A stretch of DNA of 64,000 bases from Raillietiella orientalis (Eukaryota), in NCBI GenBank assembly GCA_036172245.1, contig JAYWIR010000050.1, forward strand, positions 558,001 to 622,000, given 5' to 3'. The notes below the pieces were generated by a model. The model did no database searches. It was not told where the DNA came from and saw only the letters and a list, made by a program, of their open reading frames with translations. The stretch's first letter is position 1. Each line of letters starts with the position of its first letter. The position numbers and the translations under genes are program-made. This document shows, one piece after another, positions 23,974 to 34,971 of this stretch.

Positions 23974-26900
23974 AATCGACTGTACAGACGATGTGTATGT
24001 GGCTCATCCTTAGGACAGCTTCATGTGCAGACAGGCCTGTTCTCCGAGAGAGCTGCTTCCAAATCCAGGTGCTGGGTTTGCAAAGACGAAAAAGTGGTTC
24101 GACGACGGTGACCTTGTGGTGGCCATAAAGGAGAGCTGCTTCTAGAATTCAGGTGCCTCATGCATCGCCACCGCCATCGGCACACGCTGTGCCAGCGGTT
24201 GACCGGGGGGCATCTCGTGAAATCGCAATTCATTTGTCCAAGGGGTTCCGTTGAACGCCTTGACCAAAGCCGGTCGTCTTTCTGGATGTTGACCTGAAAC
24301 GCGATGGGGAAACTTTCGTTTGGAAATTCTTGCGATCTATGAGCACGACCCGACCTTGCTTTCCGGAACTTCAAATGACCCGGCTCGCGGACTCGCGACG
24401 GGTTTCCTGCCTTGAAAACGAACCTGGGACGGACGCCAGTCGACAGTCTCAGAAGACACGCGACGGCCGTGAGGATTAACGTGCTGCAGCTCTGCGAGTC
24501 CATTAATGGCCAAGAAATTCGAAAACTCATCCACAGTGCGACGCTTTTCGAGATTTTCTCGTAGGATTCGCATTTCGAGCATTGCGAGACGCTTCACGCG
24601 GGTACCCAACGGCAGCATCCATCTCGTTTCTCATCTCATCTCGAATCTCTTGCAGCTAGCCAACGTCAGGCGACAAATGCGCTTCCAGTCGAGTAACGCG
24701 ATCATTCCCTATCTCTTCCGCGACATCCCATCAACCTATAGACCTATCCCATCAACGGAAAGCGCGACGGACCACGGACTCGGGAAAAAATTCACATTTT
24801 TCAATCTATTAATTTTCGCGACTCCAGAAGGGGAGAAGGGGAAGGCAGCAGCCATCCTTCTGTATGCACAAAGCGTGAGACTAATTATACGCTATCCGCA
24901 AAATTTCTCGGCAGAAAAGTGCGAGGTCCGTGGGAATTGGAGGTCACTCGGCCTACGCAGAAATCTGTGAAATCATAAAATTCGTCTCGATTTTTCATGT
25001 TCATCTTTATTTTCCGCTTCTTTCGTGTCAATTCCATCTGTACACGGAACATGCCATCGGCAAATCATAGAGAAGCAGAGCAACCTCTAAAACGGCTCTA
25101 CTCCGCCTCCGCCTCTTCCATCTCCAGTGGAACTTTGCAAGAGTTGAGGAACATCGAAATGTGGCATTGCCCGCAAGCAGGGAAGCTGCTGACGCTTCCA
25201 AGTGCTCCGTTATGAAACAGCGGTTGCCTTTTTTCAGGATTTCACTCACGAGTAATTACAACTGCACACGCTGCACGTGCAAAAATTACTTAACGACAGG
25301 AAATGCTCTTTTCTCAAACATCTGAGCTTTCAGATTCACCACTTCTCAGTGATGCAGTCTCTCGAGAAGAGCCTTCACCGCATACAGCTGCAAGAAATGG
25401 TCGAAGACGTATGTTGCTTTGTGAACACCGTGACCTTCGCTCGTTGCTGCACTGAAAGTAGCGGGAACGTGGGTCATGACCGTTCTTCCGGAAAGAGGCT
25501 GCAGGCTTCGGATGTTGCCGGAGATTGGTGTCCTTGCGCTGGTCACCAAGCCGCGAAACTTTTCCATCTAGAAAGCAAAAAAAAAGGGGGAAGAGCACAC
25601 CATTGCATCACTTCGGAGCTGCAAGCGTTACGAATCTCTTTTCACACGAATTCGCGTGTCCTTCGCAATTGCAGAAGTGCACGGCTGCAGTCGTACGTGC
25701 GTTGCTTCCGTACGAATTCGTTCGCCATTCGAAAGGCGGCTCCTTGCACGTTGGTACGCTTTTGCATTCGATCGACGTGCGCGTGTACGGATCCGAACAC
25801 GACGGCAACGCGAACCGTTTCGCCCGGTCACCACAACCAATGGTGAGATGAGATGGGAGAAAAGAAAGAAAGAGCGGAAGCAAAGACGAAAACTGCGGAT
25901 GGCTTTCGATGCTCGCAGGCGGCTAAGGAACGTTCCGCGCCCCTTCTTTGCCATTCCGTCTCGACTTTGACGGCGACTCCTTCCTGCGACGGGTCGCTGC
26001 AGGCGCCGCGCGACAACTCCGCCCGTGCGCAACCAACGATGACGTCATCGTCCATGGCGCACGATCCGTTGCGAACAAACCCCGCGTTTAGCGCGCCACT
26101 TGAAATCCGTTCCCTCCTTTGCATCCCCGAATCATGGAAGCCAAGCCGCACGAAACGTGGTCGCGATCCATCCATCCTCCATCGCTGCTTCCCATGCTGC
26201 CTTCCAGGAGACTCAGCGATGCGCGAAAAAAAACACCTTCCAAGGAACGCAGGACTTTGATGGCGTTCGGCGGTCAGAACGCATCCCCAGTGGATGACAA
26301 ACAGGATGACCACTCACGCATTCGCAAAAGTTCCCATCGCAGCTGCCATCCACGTCTCCTCCAGGCGAGTGGACACTCGGAAAATGCACGCGCGCGCGCT
26401 TGCGAAATTCGCAGTGTTTCGCGGAGGCGCGACTTTCCGTGAGCCACCGCCTGCCTCCGGTCGCAGAGCAGCGGGCAAAGTCAAAACGCATCGGGAAGAC
26501 ACGTCACGGAAGGACCTTTGGGACTTGTCCTCCTCATCTTGGATTCAAAGGTCAACCGCCGACCAACCACTCACAACGTCCACACTCGCAGGAAACGGCA
26601 AGTTTCGGTAGAAAAGGTGCCATCGCTCCTCGAAGAATCCGCCAAGGAAGCGCAGTTGGTGCGCTTCCGCGCGGCGCCTGCAAAACCGGTGCCGACAAGA
26701 GTTCCACCATTTGACTTTCCTTTTAGCGTGGCGCTTGCGCACGTTGGTGCGTCCTTTGAGCGACGGAAACGACCGCAGCAATCGCTTCTTCGTCGGCGCT
26801 CCCGCGACAGCGTAGCAGCAGAGAGGAACGACAGAACGCAAAGCACGGAGTTGTGAGTGTCCGAAGAGTCGTCGTTCCGCTCGTCCGAAGCGCGCCCAAT

Positions 26901-28104
26901 CTCTTCGCGCCAACGTGAACGTCGCTGCTGCTGCTGCTGCTGCATGCAACCGTTGCGAACGCTGACTGCGACCGCCAAACCGCTCGCGGGCGTACCTGCT
27001 CCTCGGAGATGCGCTGGAAATTTTCAAACAGCGTCCACGTGACCACTTCTTGGCATTCTGGAGTGGTCAGGGATCCGTTGTAGCGATGAAACATCGTCGA
27101 CTCGTCAGGGAACGAGACGAACTCATCCAGGCTGAAAGTTTGTTTCCCCTCCAGCTGCTTGGAGCTGCCTTCCACCGTCACGCTGGAGAGGTGGGACAGG
27201 AACTCCAGGAAACCGCGCAGCTTGCTACTCGCTTCCTCCACCTACGACGAGTGGGCGAAGCATGAGAAGCGCGCACTCCAGCTTTGCACACCTTTCCCGC
27301 TTCCGGCGGAAAGGCCCTCGCGCCTCCGCTCGGCGACAGGCCGACCACCCCGGCCTGCCGCCTGTCGACCCACCCCGCGCGCGCAGCCCTCCACACCGAA
27401 GGACGACGAACGCGCGAGACGTCCGTCCACTCGCAAACACGGCCACCAGACCACCAGCACGCGCAAGCGCGTGCTTCGCTCCGACGGATGCAGCGTGCGT
27501 GTTGGCTCCCCTCGCCACCGCCGCTCCTCTGGTGCTCGTATGTGGTCGCGTCGCGCTCGACGTCACGGCCTGTGGTGATGTAGCTTGTTTCAGAGGGCTC
27601 GGCAAACGCTGGCCGGTGCGAACGGTGCACTTTTCTCCAGCGCGTGGAGGAACGCAAGGCAGGGGATCCCCTCTTCCCTCCCTCCCCGCCCCACCCACCC
27701 ACACACACACACACACACACGCACGCACCTAGCTGGTGCGCACCACGTGGATGCCCGATGGAGAACGCTGCACCAAGCATCGTCATCCTAAAAATGGATC
27801 GTGCAGGCTGCAAACCAGAGACCCAGATGGTGTTTTCCGACAGAGAGACCGTTTCTGCTGTTTTCCCAGACGGCCTCGCGTAAATTGATTTTCGTCGGGC
27901 ATCCACACTTGGTCTTCGGCAAACCGCGTGAGCGCCCTCTCGCGCCAGCACGTCGTAATCTTCTACGAGCGAGGGCGTCAGCTTCGCGCGGAAAGCGGTC
28001 AAGTTTCGAAGCGGTGCTTCCGAAAGTCCTTTGCGGACGACGAGGAACGCGGGCCCGAAAGACTCCTTTCGCTCTGCTCCTTCGACCGTTCTTCGTCGAG
28101 GGAC
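23974..28104 (-). repeat. Inverted segmental duplication of 59338-63443 (left copy)
   Basis: Reverse-complement match end to end with mirrored ORF translations. By eye I found about ten substitutions, a 23-bp indel (26386-26408) and one CA-unit difference. Confidence 0.98.
25346..27241 (-). pseudogene. Partial alpha-carbonic anhydrase copy: exon 6 (27241-26996) and exon 7 (25567-25346) only
   Basis: Translations are identical to 60199-60444 and 61850-62071 (YNGSLTTPECQEVVTW; GNIRSLQPLSGRTV). The intron is retained, and the exons with the Zn ligands and start codon are absent. Confidence 0.9.
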
Positions 28105-28108
28105 AGAG

Positions 28109-29855
28109 CAGCATACGTCGACGATCTTCTGCTCCTGCTGCCCATGTCTTCTCCGGCAGCGGCAGTCGAGGATTTCTTCGATCTGCTACGCTGCGCGACG
28201 GAACTGCGGGTGAACAAAGCAAAGTTGTCGGTGATGGCTGTTGGTGCGACTTGGGTTGGACAGCCTGACTGTATCCGCTTGGGGATCCCCACGGCCAAGT
28301 ATCTGAAGTACCTGGTCGTTCCGTTGGGGGACTTCTTCCCCTCAGAAGCCTGGTCAGGTCGTTTCCAGAGGGTAGAGTTGGCGATAAGCCCGTTCCTGGA
28401 AGGCAGGTTTCTCCTGCCGGAACAGGCCTCGGTATGGAACGCGTTCGCGGTCCCCACCCTCCGCCCCCTGCTTTTTGTTTGCCCTGCCCCCAAACACTTG
28501 AAGAAGCGAACTAGGGACCTCCTCCGTATCGCCCTCTGTGGCAACGGGAGACCCCAGCTGGAGGGCTTGGAAATCCAGCTGCGATGGCGCACCATGGCCA
28601 TAGCAGCGAAGTTGTGGAGCACCCCTTGGTTCGTTCCGGCCCGCCTTCTTGCCAGCCGTGTCTCCAGGACGCAAGGACTCGCCTCTGATCTTCTGTGCCC
28701 CGGCCGGAAAATCAGAAGATGCGGCCTTCTCCTTGGACGCATGGTCGCATGGCCAACGTGAACGGCTGGATGGTATGCTGCCCCGCCAACTCTACCGCAT
28801 GGCTGGAGGAATCTGTTGGCACGTGGGCGAAGTTAAATGCTCAGAAAAGTCACAACTGGAACTGCCTGCGATTCGGCCCCTACGACCGCTGCACCCTGCT
28901 TACCATTCTGGAGTGTTCCACCAAGAGCCTGTGGGCGGAGACCACCCCTTTAGCCATGGCGCTGCCCTTGTTACGGAGGGCTCTCTTCAACAGCCGGACA
29001 CCAAAGTGGCAAGTCTCCTGTCGGATCGCTGGCAGAGAGAAGATGATCGGTTGGACCATGGTAGACCTGGCGGATGCCACGACCTCGAGTGTCCTTCCGC
29101 GTGGAATTCTGCGATGGGTCGAGCTGCTCGGCATCTTGACGGATGACCTGATGTGGTTCCCGGTATTGACAGGATCCAGGATTCTTCCTCTGAAGTGGCA
29201 AGAGTCGGCGCTTCTGTTGTTGCATTAGGGTGGACCCTGCAACGAGCACCGCTTCCACTGGACGTGGGAAAGAGTTAATCCTGAGTGTGCCAGGTGTGGG
29301 GAGCGGGAGTCCCTTCCCCACCTTATAGTTGACTGCCCTGACCTCCGGATTCTGTGGGAACGTCTCGGAACCACCCTTGGGATACCGGTTGGCGGCAACC
29401 CCAGAGATGTTTACAGTCTTCTCTTCGTGCGGGACACCCTGTGGCCAGCCGCAACCCTGGCAGCACTTTGCTGCATCCGTGGTATTGTGGCGGCATGGAG
29501 TGAAGCCGAAGATGAAGATTCCATCGTAACGGACGTTATCCCGTATGCTGTTCGCTTCCTGCAGAGAGCTACCGGATGGCCCAGGCTGGGTGGATTAAAG
29601 GAGGACTTCGAGGGCATCCTGCAGAGGATGGGCCCTCCTCCCAGTGGGCAGTGATCCCTTCCCCTCCCTCCAAAAACATTTTTTTTCTATTATTGTTTTA
29701 TTTTTATCTTTTTGTTTTTTTCTCCCCTCCCCTTCCACTGACGAGGAGAGTCACGCTGGTCTGCGTACCGGTGTCCCGTCAGGTCCGGCGAGATGTTGGC
29801 TGTTAGTGGGGCCTTGTACCACGTATTGTATTGACCATGGAAGAGTTTGAATAAA
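28109..29855 (+). mobile_element. L1/Tx1-like LINE 3' half (RT catalytic motif to 3' UTR), pseudogenised
   Basis: AYVDDLLLLLP, YLKYL, CARCGERESLPHLIVDC (C-x2-C-x7-H-x4-C); ORF2 stop at 29654; T-rich tract, hairpin at 29753-29774 and AATAAA near 29850. Frameshift near 28740 and premature TAG at 29226. Confidence 0.92.
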
Positions 29856-29859
29856 CGTC

Positions 29860-31250
29860 CCGGCGTTTCCGGGTGGCATCGCCCCCGCATCCAGTGGTGG
29901 TGGCGCGCGTTGCAGGAGACCACACCCCAGTGCAACAGCATAAGCGCCGACTCCTGCCACTTTAGGGGGAGGATCCTTCTTCCGGTTATCACTGGAGGCC
30001 ACTTCAGGTCATCCGTCGAGATGCCCAGCAGCTCTCCCCATCTCTTTAGTTTACGCGGGAGGGTCGTGGCGTCGGCCAGTTTTCCCATGGTCCAACCGCT
30101 TAACTTCTTCATTCTACATGCAATCTCGCAGGTGATCTGCACCTCGGCGTCTAGTTAGTGCCAAGTGCGCTCCTCAGGAAAGGCATCGTCGCAGAGGGGG
30201 GCCATCTCCACCCACGTGCCCCTGGCTGGACACTCCAGGACTTTCCGCAGCGAGCAGCGGGAAAGGTTGCTCATTAGCAGGCAGTTCCTTGCATGACTTG
30301 GCAGGTTTAACCTCGCCCACGTGCCAACTTTTTCTTCTAGCTATGCTCTAGAGTTGGTGGGGCTACACGTCATCCAGCTGTTCCCCTTCGCCATGCGTCC
30401 GAGAAGGAGGCCGCATCTTCTTTTCTTCTTGCCGCGGCACCGAAGATGAGACGCGAGTCCATCCGTTCCGGAGACACAGCGGGCGAGGAGGCGGGCCGGC
30501 ACGCACCAAGGAGTGCTCCAAAAATCCGCTGCGATGGCCAGAGTTCGCCATCGCAGCTGAAATTCCATCCGCTCAGGAGGACAAGACCGCCATCCCGACG
30601 CGGAGCGCACAAGTCCATCAAGGGGACTCGGGGCCTCCCCTTGCATCAAAGGGCGATGCGCAGGAGGTCCTTCGTCCTCTTCTTTATATCCACGGGAGGG
30701 GGCAAACCAAAAGTAGGGGGTACAGGATAGGGGCCGCAAACGCGTTCCATACCGCGGCCCGTTCCGGCAGGAGAAACTTGACTTCCAGGAACGGGCCGAT
30801 CGCCAACTGCACTTTCTGAAGACGACCTGACCAGGCTTCTGAAGGACAGAAGTCCCCCAACGGAACGCCTAGGTACTTCAGATACCTGACCGTGGGGATC
30901 CCCAAGCGGATCCAATCAGGTCGTCCTTCCCACGTCGCTCCAACTGCCGCCACCGACCACTTTGCCCTGTTGACCCGGAGTCCCGCCCCGCGTCCCAGCA
31001 GATCGAAAAAGCTTTCGACTGCGGACATGGGCAGCAGCAGCAAAAGATCGTCGGCATATGCCGACACGGCCGGCGTGCCGGGGCACCAGCTCGGCAGGGG
31101 GTCCAAAGTCTCCCTGTATGCTCTCAGCACCAACCCGAAGTAGGTGCTAAAGAGCAGAGGACTGAGGCTATCGCCCTGCTTTATGCCGCCGCGCACCGGC
31201 ACGCCGTACACATGTTGTCCCCTAAAAAGGATGTTCGTTATCGTGGCACC
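29860..31250 (-). mobile_element. L1/Tx1-like LINE RT fragment, tail-to-tail with the previous copy
   Basis: GIKQGDSLSPLLF, SAYADDLLLLLP, YLKYLG, WGELLGISTDDLKWPP...KWQESALMLLHW; frameshifted and lacks its 3' end. Confidence 0.93.
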
Positions 31251-31329
31251 ACCAGGTTTTTCACCCGGGTGAGCCGGGGCTTTTATTATTAAAATTTTTG
31301 CAACGAAACATTTCATAATAACGTCTTCT

Positions 31330-31880
31330 TTTGTTCTTGTGATTTTTTGTTTTTCAGTCAGACTGCCTTGGGGCACTTGTCCTTACCGACCTGCAGGCCG
31401 GTAAGGTCCTCTCCACTGGAGAAGGGGGCGGGAAAAACAGGAAAAAAAACGAAAAAAAGAAAACGCGTGGGGGTACAATGTTTTCGGGAGGGAAGGGATC
31501 ACGGTACGCAGTGTGGAGGCCTCTGCATCCGGTTTTGGATGCGAACAAGTGCAGGCAAATGTTTTCTAAGTCGGCGCCAAAGAGATGGCTGCCCAGTGGA
31601 TGGCATTCCGACTTCTTCGTCCTCTCCTGGTTGCGGTCCACTTGTCCAGGATTCCGCATATGCAAAACAGAGCACTGCTACACACCCGGAGGCTGGCATG
31701 GCGTCCCGCATCAGGAGGCGTCGAAAAATGTTTTCCGGGTTGCCTTCCGGAATGTTTTGGATCCCACATCTGGCGGAGGGCAACACATTCTGTAATCAAG
31801 TGGAGGAAGGTCTCTTGGGACCCTTTGGACGGGGGTCCCTTATCGCGTGGCCACACTTCGAATATCAGCCGGTAATGGCC
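31330..31880 (-). mobile_element. LINE 3' end fragment
   Basis: ETFLHLITECVALRQMW finger, ALFCICGILDKW, T-rich tract, hairpin at 31381-31406 and an A-rich tail on the minus strand. Confidence 0.7.
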
Positions 31881-33654
31881 CCGCTGCGGCCAGGTCGAGG
31901 CGGCCTGGGAGGGCGCGTGCGACGAGGTGGAACCGAAAGGACGGGTCGCTTCCGGACGCCTCCCGGAGCTGCACTGGCACAAGCAGAGGCGATGGGGAGC
32001 AGTGAAATCGTCACCGGTGGCCGACCAGCTGCGCCCGAGGCTCGCACGACCCTTGCGGTTGCGGCTTTATCCCTCGCCTACTGGGTCCGGCAGGAACGCC
32101 AGCCGTTGGCAAAGAGGCGCGGCCCCCAGTCCGAGCTGCCTTCGCCTCGAGCGTCCTGGACGCGAGGGCGGATGGCCGCACCGGAAAGCCGGCTTCCACC
32201 TGTGCCGAGGTGCCTTCCGTGGCTGCAGGCGCGGCCGCAGCCTCCCCTGGCTCCACCGCCGCGCGCGCCCTCCCAGGAACACGGAAGCGGCGCGCTGCCT
32301 CCCGACCGCATCGGTCGTTCGCTCGCTCGGTCCCCTGTATGGATGGGCACAGCGGCGCCGCGAAGGCCGCGTGGCGTCCTTGGGAAACCTCCTTGCTCTC
32401 ACGAGGACGGAGAGCGGCCGAAGAGCAGCGGCAGTTGCAGCGGGGAGCAAGGCAGCGGCGACATGGATGATGTTGGCGCGGATGAGGGTCCGTGCCGCGC
32501 CCACAGTCATGATGATGATGATTTCGATGCTGACTCTAATGCTCAGGCGCGGAGAGAGAGAGAGCTGCTCCCGTCCCCGCGTTTCAACCCAGCTGCTGCT
32601 CTCTCGCGCCTCGACCCTTCGGCCATACATCCGTCGACCGAACTGGTCGCCGCCCGCTCCTCCTCCGCGCCGCCGCGCTCGGCAGGCGCAGGGGTGGGTG
32701 GTGCGGTGGGACCCTGTTTTGCACCCGGAGGTCAGGCGTGGCGTCCTCCGTGACGCCGCCCCAGCCGAACGGATGCCGCCAACAAACTGTTCGACGGCCG
32801 ACAGCGGTGCGTGCTGGCGCCGCTCACCCCTGGCGGCGAGCGGGACGCGTTGCGGAAGGGAAAGAGGGGGGGGGGGGTGCTGGAAGTGACGGCAGCATCG
32901 CGCGCCAGTCTTCCCGGGTGAGGGTGGAGTATGTGTGGCTGGCGGAGGTCGGGCGAGGCTGCACAGCGGCGCTGCCATCTTGCGGGCGGAAATGCAATGA
33001 AATGTCGGAGGAAGAGCGGCCGACGGAGAGCGGAAGGGACTGCTCGCGCGGCGCTTCGGATCGCAGCCTCCGAGATGCTGCGCCTGCCTGCCGGACAGCC
33101 TGGCCCGACGGATCCGCTTCAGTGCCCAGGAAGGCGGACTTCTGCGTGGGCGTTCCTGGGGGCCGCAATCGCTGCCCGGGCCATCACGGAAGGCGAAAGG
33201 AAGGATGCTGCGACGTGAGCGCGCACCGACGGGCGCTCTCCTCCACTTCCGGGGAAAAAGCGCCACTCTCGTTGGACCGGTGGGCGTGGTTGCCCTGCTC
33301 CTCCGTCCAGCTTCTTCCGGGCGCCCGCAACCGAAGGAGCGCTGCTCCCCGTGAGTCGGGCAGGACTCCGGAGGGAGGAGGTGGGCGCGCGGGCGCAAAG
33401 GAAGGGAGGGAGAGGGGGAAGGATGGAGGGGGGGGGACGTCGGGCAGGGGAAGCTTTGGCCAACCGGCCGCAGGCGCGCTTTCCTGGGGGCCGTTGCCGC
33501 TTCACGACCGGCGGGCGGCGGGAAGCGGGGCACTGTGGGGGCGGCGTGCGCCCGTGCCAGACGGGCGCCCTCAGGCAGCAACACCTCGACCTCATCGGAT
33601 TCAGGCGCGCGAGCGAGGGCACTGGAAGCAAGGGAATGAATGGATCCACGAAGA

Positions 33655-34090
33655 AGTAAATAAATAAGAAAATAACGTGAACAGATAAATAAAATAAGGA
33701 AATGAAGAAAAATAAAGCAATTAATAGAATAAGCAAACAGCTGGATACATAGCTAAATAAACAGATAAAAGTCAATGAAATTAATACATAAATGAATAAA
33801 TAAAGAAATAAGGAGATACAAAATCAATGAAATAAATGTGTGAGTGAAATGATTGATTGATAGATAAATCAGCGGATAGATAAGCAAAGAATAGAAATAA
33901 ATAAATAACGAATGATTCAATGAATGAATAAATAAATGGACAAATGGATAAATAATGAATTAATGAATGAATAATAAATAATGGATAAATAATGAATGAA
34001 TGAATGAATAAACAAACAAATAAATGAACAAACGAATAAATAAATAAGTAAACGGAGAAATCAATAAACGAATGAATGAATACATAAAGA
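33655..34090. repeat. Degenerate (TAAA/TGAA)n simple repeat
   Basis: Runs of taaa, tgaa and caaa units. Confidence 0.9.
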
Positions 34091-34971
34091 GGACTTCCTT
34101 TGCTTGCTTGTCACAAGGAAAGTGGGGGTCTCGTCCGATCCGCCCAAGATGCCCTCTCGGGGCGCCTGCCTACCGCACCTCCCCGGCCCGGCAGCGCGCT
34201 CGTCGGCGCCGCCAGAGTTTCGTCCCATGGGCCGCGGCCCGCAGATGGCGCTGCACAGGAGGAGGAACGGGCCCAAAGATGCCCGGCAGGAGACAAAAGG
34301 CTCAGCCGTCCCGGTGAATCGGAGGGTGCCCGCGGTCCCCGGCAGCGGGAGCAGTGGGCCCCCCGCGACGGGAAGCGTGGCAACGGGAACGGTTCCCCGT
34401 CCCCCGAGATGCTCCCTGGGGACGGAGGTCGGCCGCCGCGCTCCTCCAGAGTCCAGTCGGGAGCAGGGCGCGCGGGATCTCGGGCTGCTGCCCCTTTCCA
34501 GCTTCGGAGCCAGGCGGCGAGGCCCGCGCCTCCCCCCCCTTCCCCTTCCAGGAGGAAGGAGGAACCCTCCCCCCATCCCTGAATCACCACCCTGGAAGAG
34601 GTGTTCGGGATTCAGGGATGGGGTGGTGTTCGGGTGCTTCCCATTTTCGAGCCGTGAATGAATGCGGCGCGTGCGCAAGCAGCGGGGTCGGGCGCGGAGC
34701 GCCGCCGGGAAGCCGCTGCATTTCGCCGGGGGCGGCGCGCGACCGAGTGGCGGCTTGGCGCGGGATAAAAGCGGGCGACGGAAGGAATTCGGGATGAACG
34801 GGGGAGACGCGAGCGCGTTCGAGCGGCCACGTCGGTGACGACAGCGCGTGTATCCATCTCCGTCGGGGCGCCGCCATCTTGTCGGAAAGCCGGCATTGTT
34901 GGCGGGTGGGCACCTTCTCGCGCATTGTTGCCGGACTCCATGTTGTTTACTTGCGCCGCCTGCGAGCTGAC

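Noticed and set aside
27928..28761. 277-aa ORF running from the duplicated segment into the RT
   Set aside because: The N-terminal part is antisense CA intron and the RT lacks its upstream domains; most likely a chance open frame across the junction.
31347..34800. Long overlapping ORFs of 300-505 aa on both strands
   Set aside because: Very GC-rich, Arg/Pro/Gly/Ala-biased, open in several frames, with no recognisable motif.
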